Part shown: piece after piece, positions 59,172 to 64,000 of the stretch
Layout of the letters: each line of letters opens with the position of its first letter
How positions within the stretch are numbered: the first letter of the stretch is position 1
The notes under the pieces: generated by a model
What the model was told of the DNA's origin: nothing
The model's database searches: none
Seen by the model: only the letters and a program-made list of their open reading frames with translations
Position numbers and translations under genes: made by a program
Origin: an uncultured Gemmatimonadaceae bacterium
GTDB taxonomy: Bacteria > Gemmatimonadota > Gemmatimonadetes > Gemmatimonadales > Gemmatimonadaceae
NCBI GenBank assembly: GCA_963790305.1
Contig: CAWBOC010000009.1
Span: forward strand, 96,001 to 160,000
Length of the DNA stretch: 64,000 nucleotides
Direction: 5' to 3'

Positions 59172-60671
59172 ATGACGTCGCCTGTTGGCCTCCTCGATTT
59201 CTTCATTCTCGAGGCGAACGACTCGATCGATCGGCTCGACGGGGCCATCAGCGGGGCCGCCACCCGCCCCCCCGATGTCGACCTGTTACTGCGCCACGCG
59301 CGGACGCTGCGGGGCAGCTCCACCATGGCACGACAGAATGGGATCGCCGAAGTCGCGGGCGGGATCGAGCGCATTGCTCGTGCGCTGCGCGATGGTGAAG
59401 CGACATGGAGCCAGTCGCTGCACGCGGCGCTCGTGGCCGCCGTGGATGACTTGAAGCTGCTGCTCCGCTCGGTGCGAAACTGGAGCACAGCCGATGAACG
59501 CCGCGCCCAATCGCGCACCGCGGAGCTGGCGCGGCTCGCGCCCGAGGTGCAGCGTCGCACGCCGACGCCCAGCTCCACCGGCGGGAGCGCGTTCCTCGTC
59601 GCCGAAACCGGCGACATCGCCGATGCCCTCGAACAGGTGGTTCGCCGACCCGGCGATCGCGAGGCGCTGGACGCCGCGCTCCGTCATGTCCGTACGCTGC
59701 GCGGGGTCGCATCCGTCCGGGATGTCCCGCCACTGCCGGAGGTCGTCGACGCCATCGAGCGTGCCGCCAAGCCGCTCGAGATTGGGACGCTCACCTCCCC
59801 CACCGTCAGGCAGCTCGCGCTGCTCACGGCGGCTGCGATGCTATTGCGACGCATCTCGACGGAGCTGGGTGGAGGCCGCAGGCCCGATTCGAACTCGCCC
59901 GAGGTACGCCAGTTCGCCGCGGCGGCGTCCGCGCTGGCCGAGGAGGCGCCACAGGCCGACCACATCGTCCCGATCGCGGCACTCTTCCATGGCGACACTG
60001 GTCCACACCTGGTGTCGACATCGCCGAACCCACCGACGACACCTCCGGAGCGCTTCCGGATGGAGGTGGTCAGTCAGGCGGAGCACCTTCGCCGGTTGGT
60101 TGCCGATGCGCGCTCGTCGAATGACCCGGCATCCCGCGAGCGCCTTGGACGCGAGCTCCGGACCGCGCTGCGTGCGCTCGAGGCAGCCGCGGTGAGCTTC
60201 GACGAGCGGGGCGTGGCGGGAATCGCACGAGACGGGGCCGCCACCGCCGCATCGCTCGACCCGCGCGCGCTCGAATCCCTCGATCGCCTCGCGACGGTGC
60301 TCGCCGATCCTCGGCTTCAGTCGTCCGATCTCACGCGCGAAATCGAGGCACTCGGGCGGCCGGCAGCTCGCGCGCCGTCGGCTCCCGCCCCAGCCCGCGG
60401 TCGCACCATGACTCCGACCGGCCGGGAGCTGAAGGATTTTCTCGACCAGGGCATCGAAACGCTCGACCGACTGCAGGACAAGCCGCTCCGCGAGCCGACG
60501 CCGCTGCCTGACGAGAAGATCGTTCCCATTCAGGAGCTTCTCTACCGGGGGCGCGCGGCTGTCGAGCGGGCGCGAACGCTGCGCGATGAGCTGCGCAGGC
60601 ACGGCAGCTCCCCACCGCAGGACGTCATCGACGAGTTGTACGATTTGCTGGATCTCGCGCTGGTCGAGTGA
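59172..60671 (+). CDS. Protein with tandem Hpt-like helical domains
   Basis: FFILEA..IDRL...RTLRGSS and FLVAE...RTLRGVA repeats resembling CheA P1; RBS GAGGA. Confidence 0.65.
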   Translation: MTSPVGLLDFFILEANDSIDRLDGAISGAATRPPDVDLLLRHARTLRGSSTMARQNGIAEVAGGIERIARALRDGEATWSQSLHAALVAAVDDLKLLLRSVRNWSTADERRAQSRTAELARLAPEVQRRTPTPSSTGGSAFLVAETGDIADALEQVVRRPGDREALDAALRHVRTLRGVASVRDVPPLPEVVDAIERAAKPLEIGTLTSPTVRQLALLTAAAMLLRRISTELGGGRRPDSNSPEVRQFAAAASALAEEAPQADHIVPIAALFHGDTGPHLVSTSPNPPTTPPERFRMEVVSQAEHLRRLVADARSSNDPASRERLGRELRTALRALEAAAVSFDERGVAGIARDGAATAASLDPRALESLDRLATVLADPRLQSSDLTREIEALGRPAARAPSAPAPARGRTMTPTGRELKDFLDQGIETLDRLQDKPLREPTPLPDEKIVPIQELLYRGRAAVERARTLRDELRRHGSSPPQDVIDELYDLLDLALVE

Positions 60672-60691
60672 ACCGCGCAGACTGATACGCA

Positions 60692-61706
60692 ATGAAATTC
60701 GGATGGCGTAGCGCGCTCGGCATTCTGCTGAGCGTCCTCTTGCTCGCCTTCACGCTGCGCGGCGTCGATTTCGGCGATGTCGCGCAGGCGCTGCGCGCAT
60801 TCGAGCCTCCCGCTCTTTTTGCTCGCCACGGCGGTCGGGACGATCATCTTCCCGCTACGCGCGCGGCGGTGGAAGACGATCCTTTCCCCGATCGACGATC
60901 AGATTCCGTTTGCACCGTTGTGGCGGTCCACCGCCATCGGCATGATGGTGAACAACGTGGTTCCGGCGCGCGCCGGTGAGCTGGCGCGGGCGTTCGCCCT
61001 CACGCGCGAGCGGCCAAGCATTCCCTTCTCCGCGTCCTTCGCATCGCTGGCGGTCGATCGCCTGTTCGACGCCTTCGTCGTCCTCTCGCTCATGCTGCTG
61101 GCGATGCTCGACCCGGCGTTCCCGCGAGGTGAGCGCGTGGCCGGGCAGCTCGTATCGCACTGGGTCGCGTGGGGCGCGATCGCGGCAGGACTGTTTCTGG
61201 TTGCGGTCTATCTGATCGTGTTCTTCCCGAGCCGCATCGTCACGCTGTATCAGGCTTTTGCTCGCCGGGTCGCCCCGCGGCTCGAGCAGCGAGGGACGGA
61301 CGTGCTGCTCGCGTTCGCATCAGGGCTCAGCGTCTTGCGATCACCGGTCCGCTTTCTGGTGGTGCTGCTCTGGACCGTGGTGCATTGGATCGTGAACGCG
61401 CTCGCGTGGTGGATCGGGTGCAAGGCGGTGGGCATCGCCGTGCCGTTCAGCGCCATGTTCGTCCTTCAAGGTCTCATCGCCATCGGCGTTGCCGTGCCGT
61501 CGGCGCCCGGGTTCTTCGGTGTGTTCGAGGCGCTGGGACGCGAGGGACTCGGTTTGTATGGCATCGACCCGACGCTGGCAGTGACCTGGGCGATCGGTTA
61601 TCACCTGTTGTCGTTCATCCCGATTACCCTCATCGGCGCATACTACTTCGTGCGGCTGGGACTCCACTTCCGCGACCTCGGCACGGCGACGGAGCGCACG
61701 ACGTGA
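60692..61706 (+). CDS. Lysylphosphatidylglycerol synthase TM-domain (flippase-like, UPF0104) protein, frameshift near 60805
   Basis: RARRWK.IL, NNVVPARAGE..R, VDRLFD, PSAPGFFGVFE. Confidence 0.85.
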
Positions 61707-62602
61707 GCGTTCCGGCCGCGCGCTTGTCGGCGCAGGCCAAGGTCAACCTCGCGCTTCGAGTGGGCCCGCGGAGTCCGGACGGGTACCACGAGATCGCAAC
61801 GCTCTTCGCCCGCATCGAGCTCGCTGACGACGTGGTCGTGCGCACGCTCCGGAGCGGGGTCACGATCACCGTGAGACGTTCGGGCCTGCCTGACGAGTCG
61901 GTGGGGCCGCCCGACAGGAATCTTGGCGTGCTCGCGGCGCGGGCGTACATGCGCGAAGCGAATTGGCCCACTGGCTGCGCCATCGATATCGAGAAGCGCA
62001 TTCCGGTCGGCGCGGGACTGGGTGGCGGGAGCGCCGATGCGGGCGCCGTGTTGCGAGGGCTCGACTCGCTTTCACCGAGTCCACTCGGCATCGACCGGCT
62101 CTCCCGAATCGCGACATCGCTTGGCGCGGACGTCCCCTTCCTCACGCTCGACGCACCGCTCGCGTTGGGATGCGGACGCGGAGATGACGTGGAGGTGCTG
62201 GAGCCACTGCCGTCACGCTGGCTCGCCCTCGTGCATCCCCCATTCGCCGTGTCCACCGCGGACGCGTATGCATGGCTCGACGCCGACCGCGCGCACCGGC
62301 AAGCGGACGGGCTCGATTCGAAGGCACTGCGGGAGGCCGCACGGGATTGGGATACCGTGGTCGCGATCGCCGCCAACGACCTGCAGTCTCCGGTCGAAGC
62401 CCGCCATCCCGTCATCGCGATGCATTGCGATCAGTTGCGCCGCGCCGGGGCTCGCCTGGCGATGATGTCCGGCTCCGGGTCGGCGGTGTTCGGGCTATTC
62501 GACGAGGAACCTGATGTCGTCGCCCTCGAGCGCGCGAGCAATGCTACAGTGATCGCGACGCGGATCCCCGCGCGTGTTGTCGGTCATCTCTCGAACGAGT
62601 AG
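61703..62602 (+). CDS. ispE: 4-diphosphocytidyl-2-C-methyl-D-erythritol kinase
   Basis: AKVNLAL, DGYHEI, KRIPVGAGLGGGSADA, GADVPF, MSGSGS. Confidence 0.95.
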   Translation: MSVPAARLSAQAKVNLALRVGPRSPDGYHEIATLFARIELADDVVVRTLRSGVTITVRRSGLPDESVGPPDRNLGVLAARAYMREANWPTGCAIDIEKRIPVGAGLGGGSADAGAVLRGLDSLSPSPLGIDRLSRIATSLGADVPFLTLDAPLALGCGRGDDVEVLEPLPSRWLALVHPPFAVSTADAYAWLDADRAHRQADGLDSKALREAARDWDTVVAIAANDLQSPVEARHPVIAMHCDQLRRAGARLAMMSGSGSAVFGLFDEEPDVVALERASNATVIATRIPARVVGHLSNE

Positions 62603-62615
62603 CTTTCAAGGCTGC

Positions 62616-62686
62616 TGCCCCCTCGTCCAATGGCAGGACATCGGACTTTGGATCCGAGAATGGTGGTTCGAATCCACCGGGGGCAA
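62616..62686 (+). tRNA. tRNA-Gln (anticodon TTG)
   Basis: TGCCCCC/GGGGGCA acceptor, TCGGA-CT TTG GA-TCCGA, GGTTCGAATCC; classic ispE-tRNAGln-prs synteny. Confidence 0.95.
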
Positions 62687-62688
62687 TT

Positions 62689-62808
62689 GGGGGTCAGGAG
62701 TCAGGGGTCAGGGATCAGGGGGTGTCAGGGTGAAGGTTCGAGGAGAACGGCGCGTGCAATTCCTGAAACCTCTCCCCTGACACCCCTGACCCCTGACTCC
62801 TGACCCCC
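62689..62808. repeat. Palindromic tandem-repeat element, 7-bp GG(A/G)GTCA units, directly after tRNA-Gln
   Basis: GGGGTCA GGAGTCA GGGGTCA GGGATCA .. / ..TGACACCCC TGACCCC TGACTCC TGACCCCC. Confidence 0.9.
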
Positions 62809-62815
62809 TTTATGA

Positions 62816-62844
62816 TTGACCTCGAGATCGTAATCGCCTATGCT
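62816..62844 (+). promoter_or_regulatory. Sigma70-like promoter of prs
   Basis: TTGACC-N17-TATGCT. Confidence 0.6.
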
Positions 62845-62859
62845 TCAAGGCTGTAGCCA

Positions 62860-63816
62860 ATGGACGAGCTCCTAGTCCCGCGTCGCGGGTTCAAGCTCCT
62901 CGCGGGGACCGCCAACCGGGTGCTCGCCGAGGAAATTGGCCGGTGTCTCGGGGCCGAGCTGGCGAAGGTCACCGTCAGTCGGTTCGCCGACGGCGAGTGC
63001 TTCGTTCGCATCGACGAGAACGTCCGCGGCCACGATGTGTTCATCGTTCAGCCGACCAATCCACCGGCCGAGAACATGATGGAGCTGCTGCTCCTCATTG
63101 ACGCGGCACGGCGGGCGTCGGCGGCGCGGATCACCTGCGTGATGCCGTACTATGGCTACTCACGGCAGGACCGGAAGGACCAGCCGCGCGTCGCGATCGG
63201 AGCCAAGCTCGTGGCGAACATGATCGTGACGGCTGGGGCAGACCGGGTGCTGGGGATCGATTTCCATCAGCATCAGCTGCAGGGATTCTTCGACATTCCC
63301 GTCGATCATCTCTACGCAGCTCCGGTGTTCGTGTCGCACTACCGCAGGAAGCAGCTGCGAGAGCTGGCGGTCGTCGCGCCGGACGTCGGCTCGGCGAAGA
63401 TGGCGCGAGGGTTCGCGAAACGCTTGAACGGCACCTTCGCGATCATCGACAAGCGGCGTCCAGCGCCGAACGTGGCGGAGGTGCTGAACGTCGTCGGTGA
63501 TGTCGAGGGACGGGACTGTCTCATCCCCGATGACATGATCGATACCGCGGGGACGGTGACCGAGGCAGCGCGAGTGCTGAAGGGGTTGGGTGCCGAAGAT
63601 ATCTACGTGTGCGCGACGCACGCGCTGTTGTCAGGACCGGCGGTGGAACGCATCCGCGACGCGCCGATCGCCGAGATCGCGGTGACCGACAGCGTCGCGA
63701 TTCCCGACGATCGCCGGCAGCTGAAGCAGCTGAAGGTGCTGTCCGTCGGGGAGCTGCTGGCGAAGGCGATTCGGTACACGCACTTCGATCAGTCGGTTAG
63801 TTCACTCTTTGAATAG
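62860..63816 (+). CDS. prs: Ribose-phosphate pyrophosphokinase
   Basis: FADGE, PYYGYSRQDRK, APDVGS, DKRR, DDMIDTAGT. Confidence 0.97.
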   Translation: MDELLVPRRGFKLLAGTANRVLAEEIGRCLGAELAKVTVSRFADGECFVRIDENVRGHDVFIVQPTNPPAENMMELLLLIDAARRASAARITCVMPYYGYSRQDRKDQPRVAIGAKLVANMIVTAGADRVLGIDFHQHQLQGFFDIPVDHLYAAPVFVSHYRRKQLRELAVVAPDVGSAKMARGFAKRLNGTFAIIDKRRPAPNVAEVLNVVGDVEGRDCLIPDDMIDTAGTVTEAARVLKGLGAEDIYVCATHALLSGPAVERIRDAPIAEIAVTDSVAIPDDRRQLKQLKVLSVGELLAKAIRYTHFDQSVSSLFE

Positions 63817-63825
63817 CCAACGGCA

Positions 63826-63921
63826 CAGATGTCAGATGTCAGAATACAGAGCTCAGAAATCAGAATGCGGCGGGCGGGCGATGTCTGACATCTGATTCCT
63901 GTATTCTGACCTCTGACATCT
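63826..63921. repeat. Palindromic tandem-repeat element, 7-bp CAGAnnn units
   Basis: CAGATGT CAGATGT CAGAATA CAGAGCT CAGAAAT CAGAATG / TCTGACA TCTGATT CCTGTAT TCTGACC TCTGACA. Confidence 0.88.
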
Positions 63922-63958
63922 TGAAGTTCACGAATACTTCCTTTGGAGATCCTGTAGC

Positions 63959-64000
63959 ATGGCAACCGCAACCCTGAACGCCACCCCGCGAACCGACGTC
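63959..64000 (+). CDS. rplY: 50S ribosomal protein L25/Ctc, 5' fragment
   Basis: MATATLNATPRTDV after RBS GGAGA; follows prs as in the conserved prs-rplY operon. Confidence 0.65.
   Translation, partial: MATATLNATPRTDV

Noticed and set aside
2907..61706. Frameshifts in about 17 genes (glyA, rpiB, ldh, acyl-CoA DH, hbd, CPBP, thiolase, ptrB, selA, M42, purH, permease, TBDR, aminotransferase, dinG, asnB-like, flippase) as pseudogenes or programmed frameshifts
   Set aside because: They are single-base indels, many in short homopolymers, in core genes whose motifs are otherwise intact on both sides. There is no shared slippery motif. This is typical of unpolished long-read assembly; read-level polishing would confirm.

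Overview
High-GC bacterial chromosomal DNA of mostly housekeeping genes; gene content and order suggest Gemmatimonadota (inference, not tested). About 55 protein genes are recognisable: nnr, amrB, Hsp20, glyA, rpiB, Leu dehydrogenase and acyl-CoA catabolic genes, bioY, ptrB, thrS, valS, selA, gmhB, purN, purH, a 3-keto-glycoside-type sugar oxidation cluster, DUF2723, mgsA-amtB-glnK, a TonB-dependent receptor, gltX, lexA, a JAB-DinG helicase, a DUF4159/DUF4175/TPR cluster, rsmI, trxA, mce, pdxJ, ispE, prs and the start of rplY. There are 3 tRNAs (Ser-TGA, Ser-GCT, Gln-TTG). About 17 genes are broken by single-base frameshifts, which looks like uncorrected long-read error rather than pseudogenisation. 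I see no integrase, transposase, CRISPR or prophage. The most striking unexplained signal is a set of about 16 palindromic elements at gene junctions. Their arms are built from tandem 7-, 8/9-, 9- or 10-bp units of at least seven sequence families. The purine-rich arm always comes first, and the centres vary: a plain loop, a shared hairpin, a perfect four-way junction, or a nested second element. Other notable items are a candidate leaderless leader-peptide attenuator before mgsA-amtB-glnK, a terminator abutting the trxA RBS, a candidate LexA box, a His-less tandem Hpt-like protein and a pseudo-dimeric M42 peptidase.
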